Below, piece after piece: positions 25,434-35,800 of a stretch of 64,000 bases of DNA. Below the pieces are notes generated by a model that did not search any database, had not been told where the DNA came from, and saw nothing but the letters and a program-made list of their open reading frames with translations. A program made the position numbers and the translations under genes. This DNA is from Candidatus Latescibacterota bacterium (lineage in GTDB: Bacteria > Latescibacterota > UBA2968 > UBA8231). Where the stretch lies: NCBI GenBank assembly GCA_007571365.1, contig RKRN01000143.1:2245-66244 (forward strand), in the 5' to 3' direction. Every line of letters starts with the position of its first letter. Position 1 is the stretch's first letter.

Positions 25434-26312
25434 TTAGGGAATGCCCAACTCCTGCCGATACACCTCGTCTGCGCGGGCCTGCAGCTGCCAGTAGGGGACC
25501 CGCATCGTCCGCATCAATTCGCCGCGCCCGCCATCGTCGTCCGTCCAGCGCACAATCCGATGCGGATAGGCTTTTTCCGTCCACAACGTCCGCTGCCGTT
25601 GGCCGATGTGCAACTCCCACCGCACGGCGGCCAGCGTATCTTCGCCCACCACCACCTGCTCGGCGGCGGCCTTGTGGATGCGCCCAGGCACGGTTGCATG
25701 GGGCTGATGGGCCTGCCGAAGCTGCCAAAAGCTCGGCAGTATCTCCAGCTCTCGCATTGCGCCGAGGTCCATAAACGGCCCTTGCAATTCGCGGATGCGG
25801 ATCAGCAGATGATCTTCGCTGGCAAAGTGCTCGGGCTGCTCGAGCTGATAGGCCCCGCGGCCCTCGCTGGCAAAATAGCTGCTGAGGTACCCGTTGATCT
25901 GCCCGCCGCTGAACAGGGCCTCGTCAAAGACCTGCCCGCACCACTCTTGCGCACTGAACGAGATGCGCCGCAACTCAAAGGGATGCCGCCCGCCCGCCAC
26001 TTGGCTGAACACCGAAGTCATCAATGAGTAGTCGTAGATCCCGGTGGTAAAGTTGAGGATGTGGTTGAGCTTGAGCGCGTAGAATTGGTCGGCCTCCGGC
26101 GTCGGCGAATCGACCTTGATAAAGGTCTTTTGGTGCAGGCTCTCGGTCACGAAAATCATCACTCCATACCCCGGCCGCAGTGCACCGTAGCGCGGCTGCA
26201 CCACCTCGTAGCTAGACAGCTCGGCCTTCCCATCGGCCCACTGCGCGTAAAAGTCCACTGCACCCACGCGCGCCGCGCCGAGCAACAGCACCCCTAGAAT
26301 CCACTTTGTCAT
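25434..26312 (-). CDS. Secreted hypothetical protein
   Basis: 292 aa from ATG 26312. Signal peptide MTKWILGVLLLGAARVGA. No motif recognised. Confidence 0.7.
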   Translation of the reverse strand: MTKWILGVLLLGAARVGAVDFYAQWADGKAELSSYEVVQPRYGALRPGYGVMIFVTESLHQKTFIKVDSPTPEADQFYALKLNHILNFTTGIYDYSLMTSVFSQVAGGRHPFELRRISFSAQEWCGQVFDEALFSGGQINGYLSSYFASEGRGAYQLEQPEHFASEDHLLIRIRELQGPFMDLGAMRELEILPSFWQLRQAHQPHATVPGRIHKAAAEQVVVGEDTLAAVRWELHIGQRQRTLWTEKAYPHRIVRWTDDDGGRGELMRTMRVPYWQLQARADEVYRQELGIP

Positions 26313-26436
26313 AGCTTTCCTGCTTTCTTTGGGCAAAAATCGCGTTATGTAGACTCGGTGCTTAAAATGGATAAGGTCGCCTTGCTTGTCGAATTTTAGC
26401 CGGTTGATGTTTTTTTAAAATCGCCTAAAAAACGCA

Positions 26437-26466
26437 TTGACGTATTGCTTCTTGGTTGACTATATT
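26437..26466 (+). promoter_or_regulatory. Sigma70-like promoter TTGACG-18 nt-TATATT upstream of feoAB
   Basis: TTGACG at 26437-26442 and TATATT at 26461-26466, in an AT-rich 227-bp gap. Confidence 0.35.
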
Positions 26467-26563
26467 TACAGAAGTTCGGCATATAGAACAGCTTGTTGGT
26501 AGTCTAAACATTTGCTTTTTCGCAGCTAATCCGATTGCCGCCTTATCTGGCAGGAGCTATCGC

Positions 26564-26809
26564 GTGGAACTTAGCCAAACCCCCTCACCGCTCGACTTAT
26601 CGCAATTGCCGCGGCGCGCCGAAGCTGTCGTCGCCGAAATTTTGGCCCCGGCGCGCTTGGCCGCTCGCCTGCGCGAATTGGGCTTTTTACCCGGCGAGCA
26701 TTTGCGCGTTTTGCGCTCCGGGACCGCGATCATCGTCCAGATAGGACAGACCCGCCTGGCGCTTCGGCGCCGGGATGCTACCGCCATCCGCCTCGTCCCC
26801 TTCGGCTGA
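26564..26809 (+). CDS. feoA: Ferrous iron transport protein A
   Basis: 81 aa from GTG 26564, with CAGGAG 7 nt upstream. FeoA SH3-like pattern LRELGFLPGEHLRVLRSG..IVQIG.TRLALRR. The track ORF start at 26456 is probably too long. Confidence 0.8.
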   Translation: MELSQTPSPLDLSQLPRRAEAVVAEILAPARLAARLRELGFLPGEHLRVLRSGTAIIVQIGQTRLALRRRDATAIRLVPFG

Positions 26810-26859
26810 GCTCAGCCGAGTTGGTCGAAGCCTAGTTTTTCCTACCCTGCAGACGCTCC

Positions 26860-28992
26860 GTGCGAACCCTCGCACTTATTGGCAATCCCAATACGGGCAA
26901 AACCACGCTTTTTAACGCGCTGACCGGCCTTGCACAGCACGCCGGCAACTACCCAGGCGTCACGGTAGAATACAAAGTGGGGACCTTGACGCTGGATCGG
27001 GGAGATGCGCTGGCGTTGATCGATCTGCCCGGTGCCTATAGCCTCGCGGCGCACTCCCCCGACGAGATGCTGGCCATTGACGTGCTCTTGGGCCAACAGC
27101 AAGACGCCCCACCCATAGATGGCATCTTGGCGGTCGTTGATGCCAGCAATCTGCGGCGCAATTTTTACTTGGTTTCTCAGCTTGCGGAAATAGGGTTGCC
27201 CTTGGTCGTGGCCCTCAACATGGGGGACATAGCTAGTCGGCGGGGCATTCGCATCGACGCCAGTGCTTTGTCGGAGGCACTCGGTGCGCCAGTGGTGCCC
27301 ATCGGCGCCCATCGGCGACGGGGATTGGACGAGTTGCGACGCACGTTGGCGGCTTTGCGTGCGGATCCAGGGCTTGGGCGGCCGCAGCGGGTGGAGCTGC
27401 CCGACCCGCTCCAGCGCGCCATTGCCGAGCTGCAAGCCGCAGCCCCCGAGCCGCTCTCCTTGGTAGAGGCCCTGCGGGCCCTAGTGGATGAAGACGGCTA
27501 TGCCGAGCACCGCTTGTTGGCGTCCGCTGGCGATGGAGTTGCCGACCGCCTGCACGGCCTGCGCACGGCTGGCGCAGATGCGCTGTCCGCGCTAGAAAGC
27601 AATGCCCGCTATGCTTGGATCGACGGCCTGCTCGCCCGGGCGATTGCCCAGCCCAGCCGCCTAGTGGACCGCCGCTCGGACCGGGCCGACCGCATTCTCG
27701 CGCACCGCCTCTTCGGCACGGCGATTTTCGCGCTGGTCAACGTCTTGGTCTTTGAAGCCATTTACACTTGGTCCGGTCCGCTAATGGATGGTGTCGACGC
27801 GCTCTTTGCCGCTGGCGGCGACCGCATCGCAGCACTCATTCCCGCTGGCCCCTTGCAAAGCCTCGTCGTCGATGGCCTCATTGCCGGCGTCGGCGGCGTG
27901 CTCATCTTCCTGCCGCAGATCGCCATCTTGTTCTTTTTTATTGCCCTGCTCGAAGACAGCGGCTACATGGCGCGGGCGGCACTGTTGATGGATCGGCTGC
28001 TCACCCGCGTGGGGCTTTCCGGCACGGCCTTCATGCCCCTGTTGTCCAGCTTTGCCTGCGCCGTCCCGGGCATTATGGCCGCTCGCACCATTGAAGACCG
28101 GCGCGACCGCTTTGCCACCATTTTGGTCGCGCCGCTGATGAGCTGCTCGGCGCGCCTGCCGGTGTACGTGCTCTTCATCGGGGCCTTTGTCCCAGACCGC
28201 TCGCTGTGGGGTGGATTTCTTGGCTGGCAGGCGCTGACCCTATTGGCTTTTTATAGCCTCGGTGCGCTCGTGGCCATCCCGGTGGCGTGGTTGCTCAAGC
28301 GGACCTTGCTCCGCGGCGATCCCCCGCCCTTTTTGCTGGAGTTGCCTTCGTACAAGATGCCTGACCCACGCACGGTACTGCTGCGCGTGTACCACAGCGG
28401 CCGGGCCTTTGTCGTCCGCGCTGGCAGCCTCATCTTAGCGACGACGATTGCGATGTGGGCGCTGGCGTATTTTCCACGCCCGGCAGAGGTGGTTGAACGC
28501 CACCAAATCGAGCGCCAAGCGGTTGCGCCCGCCGCCCTCAGCGCTTTAGAAAAGCGCCAAGCGGCTGAGTTGGTAGAAAACAGCTATCTCGGTCAGGCTG
28601 GGCACTGGATCGCACCGGCGGTGCGTCTTTTGGGCTGGGACTGGCGCATTGGCATGGCGGTCATCGCCTCCTTCCCGGCGCGCGAAGTCATCATCTCGGC
28701 CTTGGGCACCATCTACAGCCTCGGCGCGGGCGAAGACGAAAACTCGGCGAGCCTGCGCACGACCTTAGCCGCTGCTACGTGGCCGGATGGCCGCCCGGTT
28801 TACACGCTGCCAGTGGCCCTGTCGATCATGGTCTTCTTCGCCCTCTGCGCCCAGTGCCTGTCGACCTTAGTCGTCATAAAAAAAGAGACCGGCTCCTATC
28901 GCTGGTCGCTGTTCAGCTTTGGCTATATGACGACGCTTGCCTATCTCGGCGCACTGGCGACCTACCAAGTCGGCACGGCCTTGGGCTTTTGA
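26860..28992 (+). CDS. feoB: Ferrous iron transporter B (G-protein domain plus permease)
   Basis: 710 aa from a GTG start. LIGNPNTGKTTLFNALTG, DLPGAYSL, then a polytopic C-terminal part. Confidence 0.95.
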   Translation: MRTLALIGNPNTGKTTLFNALTGLAQHAGNYPGVTVEYKVGTLTLDRGDALALIDLPGAYSLAAHSPDEMLAIDVLLGQQQDAPPIDGILAVVDASNLRRNFYLVSQLAEIGLPLVVALNMGDIASRRGIRIDASALSEALGAPVVPIGAHRRRGLDELRRTLAALRADPGLGRPQRVELPDPLQRAIAELQAAAPEPLSLVEALRALVDEDGYAEHRLLASAGDGVADRLHGLRTAGADALSALESNARYAWIDGLLARAIAQPSRLVDRRSDRADRILAHRLFGTAIFALVNVLVFEAIYTWSGPLMDGVDALFAAGGDRIAALIPAGPLQSLVVDGLIAGVGGVLIFLPQIAILFFFIALLEDSGYMARAALLMDRLLTRVGLSGTAFMPLLSSFACAVPGIMAARTIEDRRDRFATILVAPLMSCSARLPVYVLFIGAFVPDRSLWGGFLGWQALTLLAFYSLGALVAIPVAWLLKRTLLRGDPPPFLLELPSYKMPDPRTVLLRVYHSGRAFVVRAGSLILATTIAMWALAYFPRPAEVVERHQIERQAVAPAALSALEKRQAAELVENSYLGQAGHWIAPAVRLLGWDWRIGMAVIASFPAREVIISALGTIYSLGAGEDENSASLRTTLAAATWPDGRPVYTLPVALSIMVFFALCAQCLSTLVVIKKETGSYRWSLFSFGYMTTLAYLGALATYQVGTALGF

Positions 28993-28993
28993 C

Positions 28994-29131
28994 GTGGACT
29001 GGCAAACGCCGGTGGCTGTCGCCGTGGCCGCCCTCGCCGCCGCGTACGTGCTATGGCGTTTGGCGCGGCCTTTTTTTCGCGCCCAATCCCGCCGCGACGA
29101 ACCTTTGCAGATAGAGGACTCGGATGCCTAG
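28994..29131 (+). CDS. Small single-pass membrane protein immediately after feoB (possible FeoB-associated peptide)
   Basis: 45 aa from GTG 28994, 1 nt after the feoB stop. Hydrophobic span VAVAVAALAAAYVLWRLA. No Cys motif, so identity is uncertain. Confidence 0.3.
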   Translation: MDWQTPVAVAVAALAAAYVLWRLARPFFRAQSRRDEPLQIEDSDA

Positions 29132-29150
29132 CAGCGGCGATTGGGTTGGA

Positions 29151-30233
29151 TTACCCGGTGCGCCGCAAAAATCGCTTGCCCGCGAGCTGATCGACTAGGC
29201 CATCGAGTTCCAACCGCAGCAGTACGTCGAGTAGGGTCGCGGGCGGCAGGGTGCTGTGTTGGGCGAGTTCGTCGATGTGCCGCGGTTGGCGCGAGAGCAG
29301 GGCATAGACGCTTTCGTCTTCCGGGGGCAGAGCGGGCGCGGGTACGGGCGCACTTTGCGGGAGCGGTGAAGCCCAAATAGTCAGTTCCTCTAGCACGTCG
29401 TCCACATGCTCGACCAGCTTGGCTCCGTCTTTGATGAGTTGGTGACAGCCGGCGTTGCGGCCCGAGCGCACGTCTCCGGGTACGGCAAATACCTCGCGGT
29501 TTTGCTCCAGAGCGTGTTGGACTGTAATCAGTGCGCCGCTCTTTTGCGGAGCTTCGACGATAACCACCCCCAAGCTCAGCCCACTGATGATGCGGTTGCG
29601 GCGCGGGAAGGCCCCCCGCTCGGGCGGCGCCCCCCAAGCAAACTCAGAGACGATGGCCCCTTGCTCGCGGATTTGGCGGTAGAGTGGGGTGTGGGCACGG
29701 GGATAGGGCACATCGGCCCCGCAGCCCAACACCGCGATGGTGCGGCCGGAGGCGGCGAGCGCGGCTTGGTGCGCCGCCGCGTCGATGCCGAAAGCCAAGC
29801 CGCTGACGATGCCGATGCCTTGGGCCACTAACTCGCGGGCTAGTTCGGCGGCGATCAGCTTGCCGCTGTCGGATGCCTTGCGCGAGCCAACGATGGCTAC
29901 AGCGGGCGGCGCCAAGTCGTCCGGCCCCAGCGCAAACAGCACCGGCGGCGGCGCGGCGATTTGGCCCAGCAGTTGGGGATAGTCTGCGTCTGTTGGGGCC
30001 AGACAACGACCGCCGGCCGAGCCGAGCCGTCGCCACTGCTCGGCGGCCCAAGCCAAGTCGGCTGGCGTGGGACGCCGTTCGGGTGCGCTGGCCCCTACGG
30101 CGGCGGTCCAATCGGCGGCCGCCAGCGCCGCTTGCGCCGAGCCAAAGTGGGCCAGTAAGCACCGCACGCGCTGGGGCCGCTCGGCTTGACTCAGCGCCAG
30201 AAGCGCCTGCACTTCGCGTTGAGACTCAGGCAT
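29151..30233 (-). CDS. dprA: DNA-processing protein A
   Basis: 360 aa from ATG 30233. IVSGLAFGIDAAAHQAAL, FPRRNRIISGLS, GALITVQHALEQNREVFAVPG. Confidence 0.9.
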   Translation of the reverse strand: MPESQREVQALLALSQAERPQRVRCLLAHFGSAQAALAAADWTAAVGASAPERRPTPADLAWAAEQWRRLGSAGGRCLAPTDADYPQLLGQIAAPPPVLFALGPDDLAPPAVAIVGSRKASDSGKLIAAELARELVAQGIGIVSGLAFGIDAAAHQAALAASGRTIAVLGCGADVPYPRAHTPLYRQIREQGAIVSEFAWGAPPERGAFPRRNRIISGLSLGVVIVEAPQKSGALITVQHALEQNREVFAVPGDVRSGRNAGCHQLIKDGAKLVEHVDDVLEELTIWASPLPQSAPVPAPALPPEDESVYALLSRQPRHIDELAQHSTLPPATLLDVLLRLELDGLVDQLAGKRFLRRTG

Positions 30234-30720
30234 GGTGGAATTTCTCCCGCAGGCGGTGCTCGATACAAGGCGGCACGAACTGATCCAACTGCCCACCCAT
30301 CTGCGCCACTTGGCGCACGACCGACGAACTGAGATACATGTACTCAGCCTTAGTCATTAGAAAAATTGTGTCGAACTCTGGCCATAGCGAACGGTTGGTC
30401 AAGGCCATGGCAAACTCATTCTCGAAGTCGGTCACCGCCCGCAGGCCCCGCACGGCCGTGCGGATGTTGTGCTGCCGCGCATAGTCGACGGTCAGGCCGT
30501 CGTGGAAATCGACTTTAGCTTGGGGCCAGTCGCTAATGGCCGCGGAGATCATCGCCCGGCTCTCCGCCCGCGAAAAGAGCGGTTTTTTGTTGGGATTGAT
30601 CGCCACCAGCAGCGTGACTTGGGAGAAAATGCCCAAGGCCCGCTCTAGGATGTTTAGGTGGCCAAAGGTGATGGGATCGAAGCTGCCGGGGTAGATGGCC
30701 GCGTCTGCAAAGCGGTTCAT
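30226..30720 (-). CDS. coaD: Phosphopantetheine adenylyltransferase
   Basis: 164 aa from ATG 30720. YPGSFDPITFGHLNILERA and RGLRAVTDFENE. The 328-aa track ORF N-extension overlaps the upstream gene, so I rejected it. Confidence 0.92.
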   Translation of the reverse strand: MNRFADAAIYPGSFDPITFGHLNILERALGIFSQVTLLVAINPNKKPLFSRAESRAMISAAISDWPQAKVDFHDGLTVDYARQHNIRTAVRGLRAVTDFENEFAMALTNRSLWPEFDTIFLMTKAEYMYLSSSVVRQVAQMGGQLDQFVPPCIEHRLREKFHHA

Positions 30721-31568
30721 CAGGGTGCATCCACCGCGATATCGACGGCCGCGTAGAGCCGCGCTTGCACCCAGCCATTTTCGTCGCTGGTGACGGGCAT
30801 GAGCAAGACCTCGCCGAGGGTGGCGACGTCTTTGGCCTGTTGCAACTGCTGCAAGAAGGCGGCGATCTGCTGAGGGGAGCCAATACCCCGCAGTTTTTGC
30901 CGCTGGTGCGCGTGCTCTGGCGACCTGGTATGGATAGGCTCGTGGATCGACAGGCTGTCTAGCCCACTGGCGTCGGCCCAATGGGCCACCTTGCCGAAGA
31001 ATTGCTCGGCTTGGTCGGGCGAAAGGACCGCCGGTGGTGGGGTATCCCGCTCGACAAAGCGGCCTTGGAAGGCAAAGCGCAGCGTGCGCTCCTCGCGCCA
31101 CGTTGAAAACGATACCCGCGATGGCAAGGCCTGCAAGCGCAGGCGGAACTGGCGCAGTGCTTTGTACGAGGGGCTGGCCCCCTCCAACCAGTATTCCCCG
31201 CTTGAGTTGCAATTCAGCGAAGCCACGCGAATCCCGGTGGGAACCTGTTGGTCAACCCGCATGACTTGGTGGCAGGCCGTGCTGCGCATGGGTGCAGGGC
31301 TTGGGGACGGCGACGCGGCCTCTGGCTCAGGATTTAGCTCGGGCGTGGGGGCGATTTCTTGTGCGGGACTTAGAATGGCCTCTCGCGGTGGAGCGATTTC
31401 TTGCTGTGCTGCGGCAATGAGGGCGGAACTCGTGCTAAAAATCGGCCCCGTTAATGCGGGAAAGAAGTGGTGGATGCCGTATAGTCCGCCGCAGACGACT
31501 AGCAGCGAAAGTAAGGCTTTGGCCCAAGGCGACCGCCTTGAGCGACCGAGTAGCTCGACGCGGATCAT
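30720..31568 (-). CDS. Membrane-anchored hypothetical protein (possible PilN/PilO-like partner of the upstream PilM-like gene)
   Basis: 282 aa. N-terminal TM span (ALLSLLVVCGGLYGI), a Pro/Ala-rich linker, then a globular C-domain. Overlaps the upstream gene by 4 nt and shares 1 nt with coaD (TGATG). Confidence 0.6.
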   Translation of the reverse strand: MIRVELLGRSRRSPWAKALLSLLVVCGGLYGIHHFFPALTGPIFSTSSALIAAAQQEIAPPREAILSPAQEIAPTPELNPEPEAASPSPSPAPMRSTACHQVMRVDQQVPTGIRVASLNCNSSGEYWLEGASPSYKALRQFRLRLQALPSRVSFSTWREERTLRFAFQGRFVERDTPPPAVLSPDQAEQFFGKVAHWADASGLDSLSIHEPIHTRSPEHAHQRQKLRGIGSPQQIAAFLQQLQQAKDVATLGEVLLMPVTSDENGWVQARLYAAVDIAVDAP

Positions 31569-32452
31569 CGCCCCAACCCCCGCTGAGCCAGCCCGACGGC
31601 AATAGCATACTCGGATCGCTGGGCGGGCGGAGTGCTGCCGAGCAGCTTGGGTTTGACTGCGGCGAGTGGATCGAGGGTTGAATGGGGCACCCCCAAATGC
31701 GCGGCTAGGCCCTCACTCCAGTACACGAAGCCGGCCCCCCACAGACGTTGGAGGCCGTTGCCACTCGCGCTTAGCAGCTTGTACGCCGCGCCTTCTAAGG
31801 CGGCGGGAGCGTCATCCTCTTGCTCCCAGCAACAACTGGTCAAGGCGCACAGTTCGCCTTCTTCTATTAATAAGAGCCAAGCTTCGCTCACATCCGCGTA
31901 GAGCAGCAGCGAGAATGTATCTTTGGCGAGCAGATTGGCGCATTCGCCGGCGTTGTACAGGGCAAAAGGCACTAGGTCGACGTCGAGCCGACCGACTGCC
32001 GCGGCCTTGCCTAAGGCGCGATAGCCATTGAGTGCGCGGTGGCGCGCTGCCACCACAAAACCCCACTGCGAGGTCAGCACAAAATCGCAGCTAAACGCCT
32101 TCGCGTCTACGGTCAAGAGCTGCTCGGCTTCCCATAGGAGTTGGTTGCGGTTTTCGCGCTTAGTCCTCGCTACGAGGGGGCGACGCTGAATGAGACCCAA
32201 ACGCCGGTCTAGCGAGAAACAGGCCGTGCTGTAGTCGAAGTTATAAGTTGCCGCCAGCGCGGCTAATTTGGTGGCTAGCTCTTGTCGCGGCTGCTCGTCG
32301 TCTAGGGACACCGGGTCAAAGGGATGCTCCAGTTGTTCGGCTGTCAAGACTAGTGGCCGGATGCCAGCGCGGTCCGCGTCTAGGGCGGCGATACGCATAA
32401 TCTGGCCGCTGATGTGAATCCCGGTGGCCTTTGTCCTGCCAAATCCGAACAA
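31565..32452 (-). CDS. PilM-like actin-fold protein with degenerate phosphate-binding motifs
   Basis: 295 aa from a TTG start. GIHISGQIMRIAAL stands in for GxDIGs..ik. ..LLLYADVSEAWLLLIEEGEL.., ..LWGAGFVYWSEGLAAHLGVP..DP. Confidence 0.55.
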   Translation of the reverse strand: MFGFGRTKATGIHISGQIMRIAALDADRAGIRPLVLTAEQLEHPFDPVSLDDEQPRQELATKLAALAATYNFDYSTACFSLDRRLGLIQRRPLVARTKRENRNQLLWEAEQLLTVDAKAFSCDFVLTSQWGFVVAARHRALNGYRALGKAAAVGRLDVDLVPFALYNAGECANLLAKDTFSLLLYADVSEAWLLLIEEGELCALTSCCWEQEDDAPAALEGAAYKLLSASGNGLQRLWGAGFVYWSEGLAAHLGVPHSTLDPLAAVKPKLLGSTPPAQRSEYAIAVGLAQRGLGR

Positions 32453-32467
32453 TCCTAACCCCTTCTT

Positions 32468-32833
32468 CTACTCTACGGTGAGCAAAGGACGAAGCTTTGC
32501 TAGCGTCTTCGCGCCGATGCCATTGACTTCGGTTAGTTGCTCTAGCCGCGTAAAAGGGCCGTGCGCGCGGCGGAAGGCGACAATCCGCGCGGCGATCTTG
32601 GGGCCGATTGCCGGCAGTGCAACTAGCTCGGCGACCGTAGCCGAATTGAGCGACAGCGGCCCCTGCTCGGCTGCTACCACGTGGCGCGGTGGCGGCGGAG
32701 CGACTGCGCGCGGCACGACGCTAAATTCCTCTGACTGCGAGGGGCGATACCCATCGCCGATGGCAACGATCATCCCGATGAGCAAGGCCGCAGTTAGGCC
32801 AATGAGTGCGCGTTGCTCGCGTTGATTGAACAA
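32468..32833 (-). CDS. comEA: ComEA-family helix-hairpin-helix DNA-binding protein
   Basis: 121 aa. N-terminal TM, LNSATVAELVALPAIGPKIAARIVAFR..GPF..LEQLTEVNGIGAKTLAKL. Confidence 0.88.
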   Translation of the reverse strand: MFNQREQRALIGLTAALLIGMIVAIGDGYRPSQSEEFSVVPRAVAPPPPRHVVAAEQGPLSLNSATVAELVALPAIGPKIAARIVAFRRAHGPFTRLEQLTEVNGIGAKTLAKLRPLLTVE

Positions 32834-32868
32834 ATAATACCTCCCACAGCCGCGTCGGGCAATATGCT

Positions 32869-35800
32869 TTAGCGGAGGAAGAACGTGCCCGAAAGCCGCA
32901 CTTCGCGGATTTTTTGCGTCTTGTCTTTGAGGTGGTCTTTGTTGTTTTCGATGCGAATTCGCCCCTCGCCGCGGAAATTTGTGCTGAAGTTGTAGGTCAT
33001 AGATAACTGAGTGCGCCAGCGGTTTTCTTGGCTACTGGGGACGCGATCTTCGGCGCCGGTGGCGATGGAGCGCGTTTCTGCTTCAAACCTCTGTTCTAAG
33101 TTGAGGGTGACGTCGCTTTTGAGCCGGCCTATGAAGGGCAATCGCCGCGGCTTGAGGTTGTGGGTGATCTTGAAGGTGGTGGTTATCTGCTCTCGGTCGC
33201 GGGTGCCGCGCAGGGGCTGTGCGCCGCTGTCCTCGCCGGTTGGTTCAAAATCGCGGCTCTCCGAGGTGGAGATCACGCGCTCGATGGTCGTGGTCGGTCC
33301 CCAGCGCCAACGGCCGTTCCACGACGCCCTAAACTCGTTCTTGGTCTCCTCTGAGAGCAGGCGGCCGGGCGCGAGGCTGCCCTCGCCCTCGCTGACCTCT
33401 GAAGTTTCAAAACTCGCGTTTACTTGGGCACTGTTGATCACTCGCTTTATCAACGGAATCCGGTCGGCTCGTCCCCAGCTAAGGCTCACGCGCGGGTAGG
33501 TCCGCTCGTTGCGCAAGCGCAGCCGTTGCTGCGAAGCACCGCTGCGCTGGGTGGTTTGCTCCTTGGAGTTGACCTTGACGCTAATGCCAAAGGGCAACCG
33601 CATCCCCGATCCGGCCTCAAACGAGGACGTGTGCGACCAATTGTCTTGCAGGGTCAGCCCTTGAGTCACTTGCCGCACCTGCAGGGAGTCTGTGAGGCCG
33701 AGTTGATAGGAAAGAGAGGGCCGCTGCAGCAAATTGAAGTGGCGGGAGTTGGTGTTGCGCCGCCAACTGGCATTGACCGGCTCGACGAGGCGGCCGGTCC
33801 ATCCGGCGAGGCGGCGGAAGATGTTGGGGCCTTGCGGCGGCTTTGCTTTGCTTTGCTCTTCCTTTGAGGGTGGCGCGTCCTCGTCTAGGTTTGGGTTTCG
33901 ATTGCGGTCGCGGTCGCGGCCGTCGCGCTGTCGTGCCTGGCGGCTTTGTCCCGCGGACGGGTCCGAGCTCTTGAGCCGGGTTGGCTGGTCGTCGTCGATG
34001 TTTCGATTTCGATTTCGGTTTCGGTCGTCGCGCTGTTGTACCTGGCGGCTTTGTCCCGGAGCCTTGCCCAAGTTCTTGAGCAGAGTTGGGATTTTGAAAT
34101 TGAGGCGTGCCGAGAGATCGTTCTGGTTGCGGATTTCAAGGGTATTGAACGGCAGGCCGCTGATTGAATCGATCGGGGCCACTCCGCGCCGCTGCGATGG
34201 ATCGTTTTGCTCGTCGTAATTGGCCTTGAAGGTGTAGTTTTGGTCCAGCCACGAGACCAAGCGCAGCGAAAAGCCCAAGTCGGCTGTTTGCCGGCGCCCA
34301 ACTTCGCGCCCAAAGCTGCGCTTGGCCGGGGCGAATTTTTTGCGCAAGTCTCGGTCGATCTTGAGGTTGTAGTTGGCCGATAGACCGGAGAGCGGATTGA
34401 GCTTAGAGGCATAGGTTTCGGCGAGCGTAAAGTCCTCCTGTGCGGTTATTTCGTCGTCGCCGCGGCGCAGCCGCTGCGAGATGCGCCGGCTGCCGTTGAC
34501 CGCGTAGGTCAGGCTCGTCGGCAGCGGGCGAAACTCCAGTCGCCGCCACCCCTTGGGCGCGAGCTCCGGTAGCCAGCGCATGATCCGCAGCTCTGGTTTG
34601 GGCAGGGGCATGCTGTAGTTGAAGTTCAGCGTCTGGGCCTCGCGCTCATTGATTGGGCGCACCGGATCTGAGCTGTGTTCGCGCGAATGCGACAGCCGCA
34701 GGTTCATCTGGTCGAGGGTCCAGCGCAAGAAAAAGTTTTTGCCCTGCCGCCGGCTGATGGACACGTCGTAGAATTCTTTGGTGCGCACGGCTTGTTGTGC
34801 TAGCTTCTCTTCGGCGGTCAGTTCTACGTCCGAGCCGGGGCCGAAGCGCGGCAAGCTGGTCGAGCGACTGAGATTTACCTTGATCGGGATCAAAAATCCC
34901 CAGCTACTCGGCAGGAGCTTTTGCGCGTTGGTGGAGACCGACAGCGCGGCTTCGCGGTCGGTGCTGTTGCCCCCTTGTCCGGTAAAGCTGCGGAAGTTTT
35001 CCTGCCGCCAGAGCACGTTGCCGCCGAGGTTGGCAAAGTCGGCCAGCTTGGTGTTGAGCTGGGCGTACGCGGCCAGCCCAGGATCGTTGCGCGCCTCGTC
35101 GAGGCGCAACTCGTCGAGGAAGATGCGGCCGCTGTACGCGCGGTTTGTGGCGCGGTTGCGCAGGCCAATGCTCAGTTGTTTGATCGACTGCATGGACGGG
35201 TTGCCGCGCACGCGGTAAATGGCTTGCTCGCCGCTGCGCCGGCCCGACCGCGCATAGACTTGGTCTAGGGAAAAGCGCTCGACGTGGGGGTCGTAGCCGG
35301 CCGCGCGTAGTGCCTCCAACTCGCGTTGATCGATCAAGCTCTTGCCGTCTAGCGGTGCTCCGTGCGGGTCCATGACCCGGTAGGTGTAGTAGAACTCGCC
35401 CGTGGTGGTATCGGCCTGCCCGGATTGCAGCAGGGCCTTGAGCTGGGAGATGACCGGCAGATCCACATCTACTTGATTGCCCTTCCAGCCCTGGCGCCCG
35501 CCGGTCCAACCCGGGAAAATGGGGCTGATGGTCTCGTAGTAGTTGGTCGAATCCACGCCAAAGCGCACGAAGAGCACCAAGTCGCTCGAATCGCCGTGGG
35601 CGTATTCAATGGTTCCGCTCGAATCGCCATAGACGTACATGCGCAGCCGCTCGTAGCTGGTGTAATTGGCAGAGCGGGTCAGGATTCGCGTCGCCGACAT
35701 CTGGTGTCCAGGTTCTAGATTTTCGTAGGCCAACACGAGGGACTGCTCGCGTTCGCGGGTGCGCGACTGCACGTTGCGGCGGATCTTCACGCCGGGTGGC

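Noticed and set aside
26337-26563. Expected a Fur box upstream of feoAB
   Set aside because: I could not find a convincing match to the GATAATGATAATCATTATC-type palindrome by eye. Only a generic promoter was called.
30226-31212. 328-aa ORF extending coaD upstream; likewise 54069-55418 (larE), 40888-42171 (lptG), 51952-52896 (SDR), 61107-62150 (nadA), 4484-5092 (antitoxin) and 48277-50382 (amidase)
   Set aside because: In every case the extra N-terminus is Arg/Pro/Ala-rich or overlaps the real upstream gene. The recognisable domain begins at an internal ATG that gives a compact or overlapping operon junction.
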